Assembly (NCBI GenBank): GCA_017427285.1 | Contig: JAFRTE010000031.1 | Coordinates: 64,117-128,116, forward strand | Origin: Clostridia bacterium | GTDB taxonomy: Bacteria; Bacillota; Clostridia; Oscillospirales; UBA644 | DNA: 64,000 nucleotides | Reading direction: 5' to 3' | Shown: piece after piece, positions 1 to 10,161 of the stretch | Numbering within the stretch: the stretch's first letter is position 1 | Layout: each line of letters begins with the position of its first letter | Translations under genes and position numbers: made by a program | Notes under the pieces: generated by a model | Database searches by the model: none | Told to the model about the DNA's origin: nothing | Seen by the model: only the letters and a program-made list of their open reading frames with translations

Positions 1-5
1 GAAAA

Positions 6-710
6 GTGGTGTACGGCGATAAAAGATCTGACAAGCCGGGAGACAACGCGAGAACAAATATCGGGGCAAGCGGAGATATTTTTACCCTTCTTGAAAACTC
101 GCTGTATCATGGATTCGCGGATCCGAAAGAAGGCACTTCAAATAAAGCGGGACATGAAAATGTTGACAGGTACAGTTATTTCGTAAAAACTTTCGGAGTA
201 AGAACAAGCGAAAATGTTATTGAGTATTATGACATGGTTGTTAATGTAAAGGAAAAGGCGACAGGAAGTTATGTTTATACTATACAGATAAACGAAAACA
301 AAACAAGGAAGCAGCCCTTAGCCACCCAGGCGACCGATAACGGCGCGGGCTTAAAATCGCAAGAAGCTGCTTCCTTATTCAGTATTATACCACGAAATGA
401 GCGGGATGTCAAGCCCCTTGAAGAAAAAAAACTGAAACAGCTGGAAATAATTCAGCAAACGAACCCGATGACGGACGATTATCATACGGGAATAAGGAGC
501 GTTGACGATATAAAAACGGCGGAAGAAGTGTTTACGGATGATCCGGACGATTATATATATCCCGATTTTACGGTTGAAGACGGACAAAGAGCGCTTGAAA
601 CCGGGGAAGTGACTGTTTACAGCTCAAAGAGGATAAAAAACGGGACTTTTGTTTCTCCGTCAATAATGAACGCAAAAGATTATGCCGGAGGACAGAACAG
701 GCAGGTTTGA
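6..710 (+). CDS. C-terminal fragment of a larger mobile-element protein (5' end outside window)
   Basis: The reading frame is open to the left window edge. It is 234 aa with no catalytic motif I recognise. The family call rests only on a loose resemblance to C-terminal modules of giant phage/ICE proteins. Confidence 0.3.
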   Translation: MVYGDKRSDKPGDNARTNIGASGDIFTLLENSLYHGFADPKEGTSNKAGHENVDRYSYFVKTFGVRTSENVIEYYDMVVNVKEKATGSYVYTIQINENKTRKQPLATQATDNGAGLKSQEAASLFSIIPRNERDVKPLEEKKLKQLEIIQQTNPMTDDYHTGIRSVDDIKTAEEVFTDDPDDYIYPDFTVEDGQRALETGEVTVYSSKRIKNGTFVSPSIMNAKDYAGGQNRQV

Positions 711-1314
711 CAGACTTTCCGCCGAATCGAGGGAACGGCTGCTGAAAATTGCCCGCCGTTTGCAGAAAACGAAAACGACTCCGGAAAATCTCGCCCTTAT
801 AAACGAGACGGTAGGAAACATATATACGGGCGCACTGTCCAAAACTGATAAGGTTAAAAACAATATCGCCGCTCTGGCCTCCGCAGTAAACAAATACCGG
901 CTTGAACATGCGGGAGAGATCCAGGATGTTTTAACGGCGACAAACAACCTTATGAAACAGTCCGAAAAAATGTTCCGGGGTGAAGGAAGCACGGAAGCGC
1001 TGCGACTTTCTGCGGTTAAATACGCAAAGGTTCTCGCCGAGGCGTTCGGCGTGCCGGTAAGCAACGTATCAAACATGATATACGGCGGCGCTATCAATGC
1101 GGCGAAAGCATTCGGAAGCTATGAAGCACAGTATGAGATCATGAAGTTCAGATACGGAATAAACAACAAGTCTGAGTATTATGATCTTATATACCAGGCA
1201 TACAAAAACAATAAGACGGAATACCAAGCACTCCGCAAGAAGATGATCAACGACGGATTCAACCCGGACACTATTGACAAGGAGATCAGAAAGAGAAGAA
1301 ACATGGGAAAATAG
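682..1314 (+). CDS. hypothetical helical protein; overlaps the previous ORF by 29 nt in another frame (possibly one split gene)
   Basis: 210-aa ORF, Lys/Glu/Asn-rich. It ends about 150 nt before the 3' end of tRNA-Arg. Confidence 0.35.
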   Translation: MPEDRTGRFDRLSAESRERLLKIARRLQKTKTTPENLALINETVGNIYTGALSKTDKVKNNIAALASAVNKYRLEHAGEIQDVLTATNNLMKQSEKMFRGEGSTEALRLSAVKYAKVLAEAFGVPVSNVSNMIYGGAINAAKAFGSYEAQYEIMKFRYGINNKSEYYDLIYQAYKNNKTEYQALRKKMINDGFNPDTIDKEIRKRRNMGK

Positions 1315-1460
1315 TCTGATTTTTGACAACATTTTTGACAACAAATTAATGTATTTCTATGTATTTCAATGTATTTTCGTGCTTGTTTGACGGAATAACA
1401 GAGAATATGGAAAAGCCCATAACCGAGCCGATTTTTGGCTTTGTTATGGGCTTTTTAAGG

Positions 1461-1537
1461 TGGCGCGCTGTGAGGGACTCGAACCCCCGACCTACTGGTT
1501 CGTAGCCAGTCACTCTATCCAGCTGAGCTAACAGCGC
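1461..1537 (-). tRNA. tRNA-Arg (anticodon ACG)
   Basis: The reverse complement folds as a cloverleaf. Acceptor GCGCTGT/ACAGCGC, anticodon arm ACTGG-CTACGAA-CCAGT, T-loop TTCGAGT, encoded CCA. Confidence 0.9.
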
Positions 1538-1666
1538 ATTTTCTTTTATTTTTTGGAACTTTAGTATTATAACACAATTATCGAAAAAAATCAAGCTTTT
1601 AAATTGATAAATTTATGTAAACTTTTCGTTTTTTTAAAAATTTCAAAACGAATTTACAAATCGGGA

Positions 1667-1695
1667 TTGAAATTATCCTTAATATGCGTTATAAT
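1667..1695 (+). promoter_or_regulatory. sigma-70-type promoter upstream of glpK
   Basis: TTGAAA (1667-1672), 17-nt spacer, TATAAT (1690-1695). Confidence 0.55.
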
Positions 1696-1771
1696 ATATC
1701 TGTAAAAAGATGCCGTTCAGGGCGGCGGACGGCGAAATAATAATGAAAGTAAATCAAGGCGGTGGACTTAA

Positions 1772-3259
1772 TTGAAATATGTTCTTGCTCTCGATGAAGG
1801 TACGACAAGCGCTCGCGCAGTGCTGTTCGACGGAAGCTGCAATGTGATTTCAATGGCACAGCGCGAATTTACCCAGATTTATCCTCGTTCGGGATGGGTC
1901 GAACACAACGCTGTCGAGATCTTTGCAATGCAGCTTGCTTCTGTTACCGAGTGCGTTGCAAAAAGCGGCGTCGCGCCTTCCGAAATAGCCGCGGTCGGAA
2001 TAACTAACCAGCGCGAAACAACAGTCGTGTGGGATAAACATACGGGAGAGCCCGTCTGCAACGCCATAGTCTGGCAATGCAGGCGGACCGCAGATATCTG
2101 TGAAGACCTGATAAAGCAGGGGCTTGCGGAATATGTTGCGGAAAAAACAGGACTCCGTATAGACGCATATTTCAGCGGAACAAAGCTTAAATGGATACTT
2201 GACAATGTCCCCGGCGTGCGCGAAAGAGCCGACAGAGGAGATCTTCTTTTCGGTACGGTCGATTGCTGGCTTCTCTGGAAGCTTACAGGCGGAAAGGTCC
2301 ACGCAACAGACCGAACAAACGCTTCGCGGACTATGCTTTACGATATTTCCGCGGATCGTTGGGATGACAGGCTGCTTGAAGTTCTCGGTATTCCCGCATG
2401 TATGCTGCCCGAACTAAGAAGCAGCAGTGAAATATTCGGATTTACCGATATAATGGGCGCGCAGATCCCCGTCTGCGGTATAGCGGGCGACCAGCAGTCC
2501 GCTCTGTTCGGACAGGGATGCTTCAATCCCGGAGAGGCAAAAAATACATACGGCACCGGCTGTTTTTTGCTTGCAAACACGGGAACAGTCCGTCCGGAAG
2601 TGAAAAACGGACTTATCGCTACCGCTGCGGCTACCTGTAAAGGCGAACCCGTTCAATTCGCCGCAGAGGGCAGTATTTTTATAGGGGGCGCAGTAATCCA
2701 GTGGCTCAGAGATGAGCTTAAAATCATAGAAAAATCATCGGAAAGCGAAAAACTCGCTCTGAAAACCGAAGATAACGGCGGCGTTTATCTCGTTCCTGCC
2801 TTTGTCGGACTCGGCGCTCCTTATTGGGATATGCGCGCAAGGGCCGCAATATTCGGTATGACAAGGGGGAGCGACAGAAAAATACTCTGCCGCGCCGCGC
2901 TTGAATCGATAGCTTATCAGACAAACGATCTTTTGCGCGAAATGCACAACGCCGGATTTCCGCTTACATGCCTAAAGGCGGACGGAGGCGCGTCTCAGAA
3001 TAAATTTCTTATGCAGTTTCAGTCCGACATATCCAACGTTGAAGTCCTTTTGCCTACGTCGCCCGAAGCTACCGCGCTCGGAGCCGCGCTGCTTGCCGGA
3101 CTTGCGGTCGGAGTATGGCGCGACCGTGCCGCAATAAAGGAAAAACTCGGCGCTGGAACGCGATATTCTCCGAAAATGGACGAGGCGGAACGCGAGAAGC
3201 TTCTTGACGGATGGAAACGCGCCGTTTCCGCATGCCGTTCGTTCGAAACAGGTGTATGA
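1772..3259 (+). CDS. glpK: glycerol kinase
   Basis: 495 aa with FGGY kinase signatures (LALDEGTTSARAVLFD, GDQQSALFGQ, ADGGASQN). TTG start preceded by GGCGGTGG. Confidence 0.93.
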   Translation: MKYVLALDEGTTSARAVLFDGSCNVISMAQREFTQIYPRSGWVEHNAVEIFAMQLASVTECVAKSGVAPSEIAAVGITNQRETTVVWDKHTGEPVCNAIVWQCRRTADICEDLIKQGLAEYVAEKTGLRIDAYFSGTKLKWILDNVPGVRERADRGDLLFGTVDCWLLWKLTGGKVHATDRTNASRTMLYDISADRWDDRLLEVLGIPACMLPELRSSSEIFGFTDIMGAQIPVCGIAGDQQSALFGQGCFNPGEAKNTYGTGCFLLANTGTVRPEVKNGLIATAAATCKGEPVQFAAEGSIFIGGAVIQWLRDELKIIEKSSESEKLALKTEDNGGVYLVPAFVGLGAPYWDMRARAAIFGMTRGSDRKILCRAALESIAYQTNDLLREMHNAGFPLTCLKADGGASQNKFLMQFQSDISNVEVLLPTSPEATALGAALLAGLAVGVWRDRAAIKEKLGAGTRYSPKMDEAEREKLLDGWKRAVSACRSFETGV

Positions 3260-3262
3260 CAG

Positions 3263-4189
3263 ATGATGGCGGTTAAGGAAAAAGATGTTCTTTCATGCGA
3301 CGGCATTCATATTCTGAGAGGTAAGGTTTACCTTCCCGAAAAAGAGGCAAGAGGACTTTTTCACGTCGTTCACGGCATGACCGAACATATCGGCCGTTAC
3401 GATCCGTTTATGAGCAAAATTGCAAACGAGGGCTTTATCTGCTTCGGATATGACCATCTTGGCCATGGAAAAACCGCAAAAAACGATTCCGAGCTCGGTT
3501 ATATCGCCGATAAAGACGGCTGGAAACTGCTCATAAACGACGTTGCTGTATTTTCGGATTCAGTCAGGGAGGAATACGGCGAAAATCTCCCGTATTTCCT
3601 TCTCGGTCACAGTATGGGCTCGTTTATAGTCCGTTCCGCAGCCGAGCTTTCCGTAAAACCCGATAAACTTATCGTTATGGGTACAGGCGGTCCGAACAGC
3701 GCGGCGGGAGCGGGAATATCGATGCTTTCGGCAATAAAACTGTTCCGCGGCGGTAAATCATATTCGGGTCTGATGGAAAAAATGGCGTTCGGTAGATATA
3801 ACGACCATTTTTCGGACGAAAACGATTCGAGAAGCTGGTTCACGAAAAACGAGGAGATCAGAAGAAAATACGACGCGGACAAATTCTGCAATTACAGATT
3901 TACCGTCAGCGCGTTGCGCGATTTGCTGCGTCTTTTGAAGTTTTGCAACAGAAAGCAATGGTTTGAAAACTTAGACAAATCTATTCCGGTCCTTCTCGTA
4001 TCCGGGAAAGACGACCCCGTCGGTAATTACGGCAGCGGCGTAACGGCTGTTTACGATCTGCTTAAAAAGGCAGGAGCAAATGTGAAAATCAAGCTTTACG
4101 AAAACTGCCGTCACGAAATATTAAACGATACCTGCAGCGAAGATGCAGTTTCGGATATTCTTGATTTTATACGCGATGAAGGGAGATAA
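3263..4189 (+). CDS. alpha/beta hydrolase (lysophospholipase / monoacylglycerol-lipase-like)
   Basis: 308 aa with the nucleophile elbow GHSMGS and a late HE pair. It lies 4 nt after glpK. Confidence 0.75.
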   Translation: MMAVKEKDVLSCDGIHILRGKVYLPEKEARGLFHVVHGMTEHIGRYDPFMSKIANEGFICFGYDHLGHGKTAKNDSELGYIADKDGWKLLINDVAVFSDSVREEYGENLPYFLLGHSMGSFIVRSAAELSVKPDKLIVMGTGGPNSAAGAGISMLSAIKLFRGGKSYSGLMEKMAFGRYNDHFSDENDSRSWFTKNEEIRRKYDADKFCNYRFTVSALRDLLRLLKFCNRKQWFENLDKSIPVLLVSGKDDPVGNYGSGVTAVYDLLKKAGANVKIKLYENCRHEILNDTCSEDAVSDILDFIRDEGR

Positions 4190-4192
4190 AAA

Positions 4193-5587
4193 ATGAAAGT
4201 AAGGATTATCGCATCAGTTTTATTGTTATGCATTGTTTTAACCTCATGCGCGACGGCTGCGGAGGAAATCGTTCCCGATTACGATATCGTGATCACCTCA
4301 GACAATGCCGACCTGCTCGGATATGAGTATATCATCGCTGCCGGAACTCACGGCGGCGGACAGGTCCAGCTTGCTCCCGAACCCGGTTCGGACGTTAGAG
4401 GCGACAGGCTTTTGCAGCGCTATAAGGATGCTGAAGAAAAATTCAATATCAAGCTTACGGTTCTAGGCGAATGCAATCTCGGCACATTTATGACCTTATG
4501 GGCGGCGGGAATGAAATATGCCGATCTCGCAATCGCTCAGGCAGCGGAAGTCGCAACCGGAAGATACGTTCAAAACGGATTTTTCCTTCCGTTTTCCGAC
4601 ATGGATATCGACCTTTTTTCGGGTATATACGGTACTCAGGGTATGCTCGATGCGGGCTGCTTTGACGGAAAATATTACTGCATTATGTCGTATTACTGGG
4701 GACTTCCCTCGCCGTATACAATGCCCGCAATGTGGTATAATCCGAGAGTTCTTTCAACGTATCAGCAGGCGATGCCTCACGAGCTTGAAGAACAGGGCGA
4801 GTGGAACTGGGCGGCTTTTGAAAAAATCTGCGAAGCAGTTCACGATACGTCGTCTCCCGACTCAAAAGACCACGTATACGCTGTTTCTGCGCTGAGCGAG
4901 CCGTTTTTAGAGCTTGCGGCGATGTATTCAAACGGCGCAAGACCGGTCACAAAAGGGGAGGACGGCAGACTTTACTGCACTCTCAATTCTCATAACACAC
5001 TTGAAGCTCTCGAATTCATTAAAAGTCTTGAAGACAGAAAGCTCATCGGCAACAGAAGAAACGCCGATAACCAGGATGTTACTGAGTTTGTTGAAAACAG
5101 AAACGCATTTTTCCTTCAGTATACGCATTCGGGTCTGAGCTCGGAAGACCCCAACAACCTCGCAAACCGTATGGAAGACGCCTACGAATGGACGATGTTC
5201 CCGACAGGCCCGAGCTATGATCCGTCCATGTCAAGAACCGCATACTCGTATCATTCAAGATTCTATTTCGCTCCGGGAAATTCCGATCCCGAGGTCCATT
5301 CCGTTGTTCTTCCGTTCCTTTTCCAGCCTCTTCCCGGCGAAACCGTCGAAACATGGCAGGACGTTCTTGAAAGAAACAATTTCTTTTCAAGAGAGTCTTT
5401 TGAAATATACTGCAAGATCCGCGACGATGCGTTTTACGATTACGCCCCGTATATCCCTTATACGGAAATGAACGGCGTCCTTTCAAAAATCACAACCGGC
5501 GCCTCCGTTGCGTCAGAAGCTCTTGAGAGCATAGAAACGTCTATTCAGGCGTCTCTCGATAAGCTTTACAACGATTATATAGACTGA
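4193..5587 (+). CDS. lipoprotein, solute-binding-protein-like (orphan)
   Basis: Signal peptide plus lipobox (LTSC). 464 aa, paralogous in layout to 8526..9908. Confidence 0.6.
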   Translation: MKVRIIASVLLLCIVLTSCATAAEEIVPDYDIVITSDNADLLGYEYIIAAGTHGGGQVQLAPEPGSDVRGDRLLQRYKDAEEKFNIKLTVLGECNLGTFMTLWAAGMKYADLAIAQAAEVATGRYVQNGFFLPFSDMDIDLFSGIYGTQGMLDAGCFDGKYYCIMSYYWGLPSPYTMPAMWYNPRVLSTYQQAMPHELEEQGEWNWAAFEKICEAVHDTSSPDSKDHVYAVSALSEPFLELAAMYSNGARPVTKGEDGRLYCTLNSHNTLEALEFIKSLEDRKLIGNRRNADNQDVTEFVENRNAFFLQYTHSGLSSEDPNNLANRMEDAYEWTMFPTGPSYDPSMSRTAYSYHSRFYFAPGNSDPEVHSVVLPFLFQPLPGETVETWQDVLERNNFFSRESFEIYCKIRDDAFYDYAPYIPYTEMNGVLSKITTGASVASEALESIETSIQASLDKLYNDYID

Positions 5588-5623
5588 TAAAAACCGTTTT
5601 AACGATCAAAAAGGAGGATTATT

Positions 5624-6679
5624 ATGCTTTGTCACGTTTGCGGGACCGAAGTAGGGGAGGATATTAAATTCTGCCCGAAGTGCGGTTCACAGGTCATATC
5701 TGATTCAAGCGCCGAATCGCAAAACTGTATCGTCATAAACGAGGAAGCGGAAAAAGAAAACGCTAAAAAGAAAAAAACGGCGGTTACTCTTTCCGTAATC
5801 GCCTGCGTTTTAACTGTTTTCGGCGCGATACTCGGCTTTCTTGCGCAGTATTTCAGCCAGATCGCAACAATGGACCCTGCGCCGGATTTCTTCGTAAGGT
5901 ATCTCGGCGCCAATATCGCGAATATTCTTACAGATGTTTTTGTGCCTGCAATTATTGCGGTGCTGTTTACGGTTTTTTGCTGCCTTGTCATTTTCAGCTC
6001 CAACACAAGAAAAGCGCTGACGGGTATCCCGATGATCCTTACAGTTGCAGACAGTATCGTCGCTTTTGCCGTTTCGCTTTTTATTATTTCAAAAAACGCC
6101 GCCGCATACAACGATTTTTCGATATTCCTTATGAATATCTGGTATTTCATTACATCAACGCTTGGCATTGTTTTAACGACTTTATTCGTTATTTTTTACA
6201 TGCTTAACGCAACTAATAAGTTTGCAAGACCGTCAACCGGCAGGATACTTGTTATTATTTTCGGAATAGCAAAAGAGTTTATAGCCCTGTTAACACTGTT
6301 TTCGGGCATAATCAGCGACGCCGCAAGACCGCAGAATATCTACGGCGTTTACAAAATAGTTTCGCTTTTTGCCCGCCTGTTTAATTTCTCTGCAGGACTT
6401 ATCACCGTTATAGCAATGATTATCCTCGCTTTCCGCTTTGCTTCATCTGTAAATTACGCCTCATACGCAAACGGTCAGGACGCTCCGTCTTTCGGCTATG
6501 CCGTTCTAGGCTTTTTCATCCCACTTGTCGGACTGATAATATACCTTTCGGCAAAGGATTCAACTCCCATGAAAGCAAAATCTGCGGGAAAAGGCGCCCT
6601 TGTGGGCTTTATAACAAATATTGTTCTTTCAATTTTGCTTTCGGGGATTTATGTCCTAATCATTTTTGCTTTACTTTAA
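5624..6679 (+). CDS. zinc-ribbon domain membrane protein
   Basis: N-terminal CxxC...CxxC (CHVCG...CPKCG) followed by multiple hydrophobic helices. GGAGG SD. Confidence 0.7.
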   Translation: MLCHVCGTEVGEDIKFCPKCGSQVISDSSAESQNCIVINEEAEKENAKKKKTAVTLSVIACVLTVFGAILGFLAQYFSQIATMDPAPDFFVRYLGANIANILTDVFVPAIIAVLFTVFCCLVIFSSNTRKALTGIPMILTVADSIVAFAVSLFIISKNAAAYNDFSIFLMNIWYFITSTLGIVLTTLFVIFYMLNATNKFARPSTGRILVIIFGIAKEFIALLTLFSGIISDAARPQNIYGVYKIVSLFARLFNFSAGLITVIAMIILAFRFASSVNYASYANGQDAPSFGYAVLGFFIPLVGLIIYLSAKDSTPMKAKSAGKGALVGFITNIVLSILLSGIYVLIIFALL

Positions 6680-6741
6680 CATTTTAACGTTGAAACGACC
6701 GCAGGAGATCGATCCCGCGGTCTTCTTGTATTATTTGCTTT

Positions 6742-7308
6742 TTAAAAAAGTGAGTCGATATCCTTTTTCGCATTTGCTATAATTTCGTCAACGTTCGCGC
6801 CGTCGATATCAAGCCCCTCCGCTTTGATAAAATGCGTTTCGTTTATGCCGTAAAATCCTTTTGCAAGCGCGTTTACATATCCGAAGCCGTATTCGCTCTC
6901 GGCGATAAAGCCGCCGGCGGTGGCAACATAGTAAAGCTTTCCGGCTTTACATAAGCTTTGAGGAATGCCGTTTCGCGAATACGTAAAGGTAATACCCAAA
7001 ACGTTTATCTGTTCAAAATACTGTTTTAAGATGGACGGAAACGAAAGATCCCAGAAAGGCGCCGCAACAACGATCTCGTCGGCTTCTGCAAAACGGTTTG
7101 CGGGCGAAAAGATCGGATCGTCAAACTCTCTTTTCTTTACAAGCCCGTCCCTCAGTTCCAGAAACCGTTCGTTTATCTGCGGAAAAACGAGATCCTCAAG
7201 TTTTTCCTCGCATATGTTGCCGTCAAGCTTTTCAAGAAGATATTTTGCAAGAGAAAGCGTTCTTGATCCTTTCCTTACGCAGGCGTTTACAAAAAGCACA
7301 GTTTTCAT
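6742..7308 (-). CDS. flavodoxin-fold NAD(P)H-dependent oxidoreductase (azoreductase-like)
   Basis: 188 aa. The N-terminal VLFVNACVRKGSRT and the VVAAPFWDLSFP motif are typical of FMN reductases. Confidence 0.6.
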   Translation of the reverse strand: MKTVLFVNACVRKGSRTLSLAKYLLEKLDGNICEEKLEDLVFPQINERFLELRDGLVKKREFDDPIFSPANRFAEADEIVVAAPFWDLSFPSILKQYFEQINVLGITFTYSRNGIPQSLCKAGKLYYVATAGGFIAESEYGFGYVNALAKGFYGINETHFIKAEGLDIDGANVDEIIANAKKDIDSLF

Positions 7309-7311
7309 CTT

Positions 7312-7731
7312 TCAATCCTCGATATCGCATTTTATATCGGTAACGTCGTCCGTAGGTATCAATGTCCCGTCGTCCATTATTATCCTGTTTTCGATCTCGT
7401 CAAACCGTTTTACGGTTCCCTTTATTTCAGTAAATTCGCCGCCGTCCTTCTCTTTATCCGCGACAAAATACGTAACCGCCACTTCGGGTTTTTCTTTCTT
7501 ACGCCTCAATATTTTCGCAAGCATTGCGGCAAGTCTCGTTTTTTCGTCGTCGTCAATGTATACTCTTGCATCCGTTGTCCTTGCCGCTTCTTCGACCACA
7601 ACATCGTATCCGGTCAGAGATTCAAACGGCAAAAACTGTGCTGCGTAGCTGTCTTTGTCCAGAGGGGGATGCTTTTCGGATACATGATGCGGCAGATTTA
7701 TTATTTCGTCATATCTGTGTATATCATCCAT
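7312..7731 (-). CDS. YolD-like protein (tentative)
   Basis: 139 aa. The H-x-S-x-x-HPP...AAQFLPFESLTGY segment resembles the YolD-like family. Confidence 0.45.
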   Translation of the reverse strand: MDDIHRYDEIINLPHHVSEKHPPLDKDSYAAQFLPFESLTGYDVVVEEAARTTDARVYIDDDEKTRLAAMLAKILRRKKEKPEVAVTYFVADKEKDGGEFTEIKGTVKRFDEIENRIIMDDGTLIPTDDVTDIKCDIED

Positions 7732-7905
7732 TTTTCCTGCCTCCGAAACGAGATCTATCGATATATAATACCAGAAAAAGCAGATTTTGTCAAGAATTTA
7801 CGGATTTTTTGTTCCACAGTAATTTTTTTTTCTATCGGTTGCAATATTGCCGAATATATGTTATAATAAACCGTAACACAAACCTCAAACACGCTTCAAA
7901 CACTT

Positions 7906-8490
7906 TTGAAAGGAAACTTTACACCGGTGACAAACACTGTAGAAATATCTTTTCTTGCCGGCGAGCTGATTTTTACCGCGATATGGCTTACCGTGAGGAT
8001 CATCGTCTGGATAAATCACAAAAAAATTGATATAAAACGCGAAGCGATGCTTCTTTTGATGTACGTCAATCTCGCAGTAATCATCCGTTTTGTTTTTTAC
8101 CCCATGGCTCTTGTTAACGGGCGCGTTCAGCCGCTCGTTTTCGACACGAATGCGATCTTCCCGCTGAAAGTCAATTTCATTCCGTATATAAGACTTTCCG
8201 ATTATGCCTATAAAAAGGACCTCCTTGTCAATCTGATAGGCAATATCGCCATGTTTATTCCTACCGGAATCATACTTCCCGTTTTATACAGGCGTCTCAA
8301 CAATTTTTTCAAAGCCGTTGCAGTCGGAGCGCTTATTTCTTTATGTATAGAGATACTCCAGCTCCCTTTCAGCGCGCGCTTTTCGGATATCGACGATTTG
8401 ATACTGAATACCGTCGGAGTCGCGATCGGTTACGGAGTATACGCTCTTGTAAAGTTTCTGCGAAAAGCCGTAAAAAAACGTTCAGAATAA
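7906..8490 (+). CDS. VanZ-family membrane protein
   Basis: 194 aa, 4-5 TM helices, CIEILQL...SDIDDLILNTVG motif. Confidence 0.7.
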   Translation: MKGNFTPVTNTVEISFLAGELIFTAIWLTVRIIVWINHKKIDIKREAMLLLMYVNLAVIIRFVFYPMALVNGRVQPLVFDTNAIFPLKVNFIPYIRLSDYAYKKDLLVNLIGNIAMFIPTGIILPVLYRRLNNFFKAVAVGALISLCIEILQLPFSARFSDIDDLILNTVGVAIGYGVYALVKFLRKAVKKRSE

Positions 8491-8525
8491 AAACCAGTAT
8501 GACAGTAAAAGAAAGGCGGGTTATT

Positions 8526-9908
8526 ATGAATTATTTAAAGAGATTATTGATCATGATGCTTCTTGCTTCCCTTCTTGCCGCATGCTCCGCGCAGTCCGAG
8601 GAAACCGTTCCCGACTACGGCGGCGGTCTTAACGGCAATAATTTCGACGGCATTACTCTTACATTCGCCATGAAACCCGATATCTGCTACGAGGTCGATT
8701 CTCTTTTCGGCGACGCCGTAAGAGCGCGTATAGCGGATGTCAAAAATGAATTTAACGTCAATATCGTTTTTGACGAAGAAACGGACGTTGCCGGTAATCT
8801 TTTCTATTACATTTCTTCCGGCATAAAACCGTGCGACGTCCTTCTTTCAGATTCATATACTCTTCACGACAGTATCAGAGCAAATCTTCTTTATCCTATC
8901 GATACGTTTTATTCCGGTATCGACTACCTTGAGACCGAAAAATGGGGCGGACGCGAAAAGCTGATCTCATATGCCTACGATAATCATCTTTACGGTATTC
9001 TTCCCATGCTCTGGCCCGAAACAGTTTGGAAACAGGTGGATCATTTCTTCTTTGTAAACGAAAATATCGTTTCACGCTTAAATCAGCCGGACCCACGCGA
9101 ATTCGTCGAAAACGGCGAATGGACAAGAGACAGATATATGCAGGTCCTTGAAGACTATACGCACAGAAACAACAGCGGCGATACCGTTTACGCGCTTACC
9201 GCCATGCCCGCGCATTATTTCAGCATTGCCATCAAGGCAAGCGGCATAGATTACGTTGTAAAACATGAGGACGGAACGTATTCAAATGCGTTTTTCGAAC
9301 CCGGCGCGCTGGATAAACTTACATGGGTCGCAGATTCCTACTGGAATAACTACGGTACCTCGATCACTCACGGCACCGATACGTTTACCACCATAGCGCA
9401 GTTCGTTGACGAAAGCGCAGTTATGGTGCTTACTCATCTTTTTTACGGACTCAGGGATATTCAGTATACCGTCGAAAACTTCGGCATCCTTCCTTTCCCG
9501 CTTTCGGACGACCTTGCAGGCAGCAGGTGGATAGGGGAGTTTGAGTTTTACAATAACGGCATCTCCTTCCCCGCAAATATTTACGACCTTGATGCCGTTC
9601 CCGCGGTAATCGATGCAATTTTCGAACCGCTTCCCGGGTACGAAACCGAAGAAGACCGCTACGAATACTACGACAGATACGTTTTCCACGATCCGCGAGA
9701 TACACGCGTAATTTTCGAATGTCTTTCAAACTGCAGATATCTTCCCTACAACGATAACGGATATCTCATCCCCGATGCAATAAACAGCGCGCAGGGCAAG
9801 AAGTCCATATCGCAGATCCTCGAAGCAAATATCGATATTATGGAACAGCTCAACACCGAAATCTATATCCCGCTCGAAGAAACATGCGATCTTCTCTGGG
9901 CAGACTGA
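8526..9908 (+). CDS. lipoprotein, solute-binding-protein-like (paralog of 4193..5587)
   Basis: Start moved from track 8343 to the ATG at 8526, which gives MNYLKRLLIMMLLASLLAAC (lipobox) and removes the overlap with VanZ. Confidence 0.6.
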   Translation: MNYLKRLLIMMLLASLLAACSAQSEETVPDYGGGLNGNNFDGITLTFAMKPDICYEVDSLFGDAVRARIADVKNEFNVNIVFDEETDVAGNLFYYISSGIKPCDVLLSDSYTLHDSIRANLLYPIDTFYSGIDYLETEKWGGREKLISYAYDNHLYGILPMLWPETVWKQVDHFFFVNENIVSRLNQPDPREFVENGEWTRDRYMQVLEDYTHRNNSGDTVYALTAMPAHYFSIAIKASGIDYVVKHEDGTYSNAFFEPGALDKLTWVADSYWNNYGTSITHGTDTFTTIAQFVDESAVMVLTHLFYGLRDIQYTVENFGILPFPLSDDLAGSRWIGEFEFYNNGISFPANIYDLDAVPAVIDAIFEPLPGYETEEDRYEYYDRYVFHDPRDTRVIFECLSNCRYLPYNDNGYLIPDAINSAQGKKSISQILEANIDIMEQLNTEIYIPLEETCDLLWAD

Positions 9909-9929
9909 TAATATCTGATCGACGCAAAG

Positions 9930-9965
9930 GTCCTCATTCTTAATTGAAGTGAGGACTTTCGCATT
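9930..9965 (+). terminator. rho-independent terminator
   Basis: GTCCTCA / TGAGGAC stem followed by TTTCGCATTTTGT. Confidence 0.6.
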
Positions 9966-9992
9966 TTGTAAACAAAATTTCCCTAATTCCTA

Positions 9993-10021
9993 TTGACAAC
10001 TAATGACTGTTGTGATATAAT
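9993..10021 (+). promoter_or_regulatory. consensus promoter for tRNA-Ser
   Basis: TTGACA (9993-9998), 17 nt, TATAAT (10016-10021). Confidence 0.65.
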
Positions 10022-10072
10022 AATCAGGCTGAAATCCGATTTTTATACCGATCGGAGCTCAGCCGAATACAC

Positions 10073-10161
10073 GGAGAGGTATCGAAGTGGTCATAACGGG
10101 GCTGACTCGAAATCAGTTTGCGTGAAAGCGCACATGGGTTCGAATCCCATCCTCTCCGCCA
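10073..10161 (+). tRNA. tRNA-Ser (anticodon CGA)
   Basis: Acceptor GGAGAGG/CCTCTCC, anticodon loop CTCGAAA, long variable arm, T-loop TTCGAAT, encoded CCA. Confidence 0.9.

Noticed and set aside
1346-1594. 82-aa ORF (and 9993..10202, 69 aa) overlapping tRNA genes.
   Set aside because: Both read through the tRNA-Arg and tRNA-Ser sequences. The tRNA cloverleaves explain these regions.
6965-7648. 227-aa Ser-rich plus-strand ORF.
   Set aside because: It is antisense to the flavin reductase and YolD-like genes and has extreme Ser/Phe low complexity. It is a shadow ORF.
8343-8525. N-terminal extension of the second lipoprotein ORF overlapping vanZ.
   Set aside because: The extension is Arg-rich and overlaps the VanZ C-terminus. 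The internal ATG at 8526 gives a canonical lipoprotein signal peptide.
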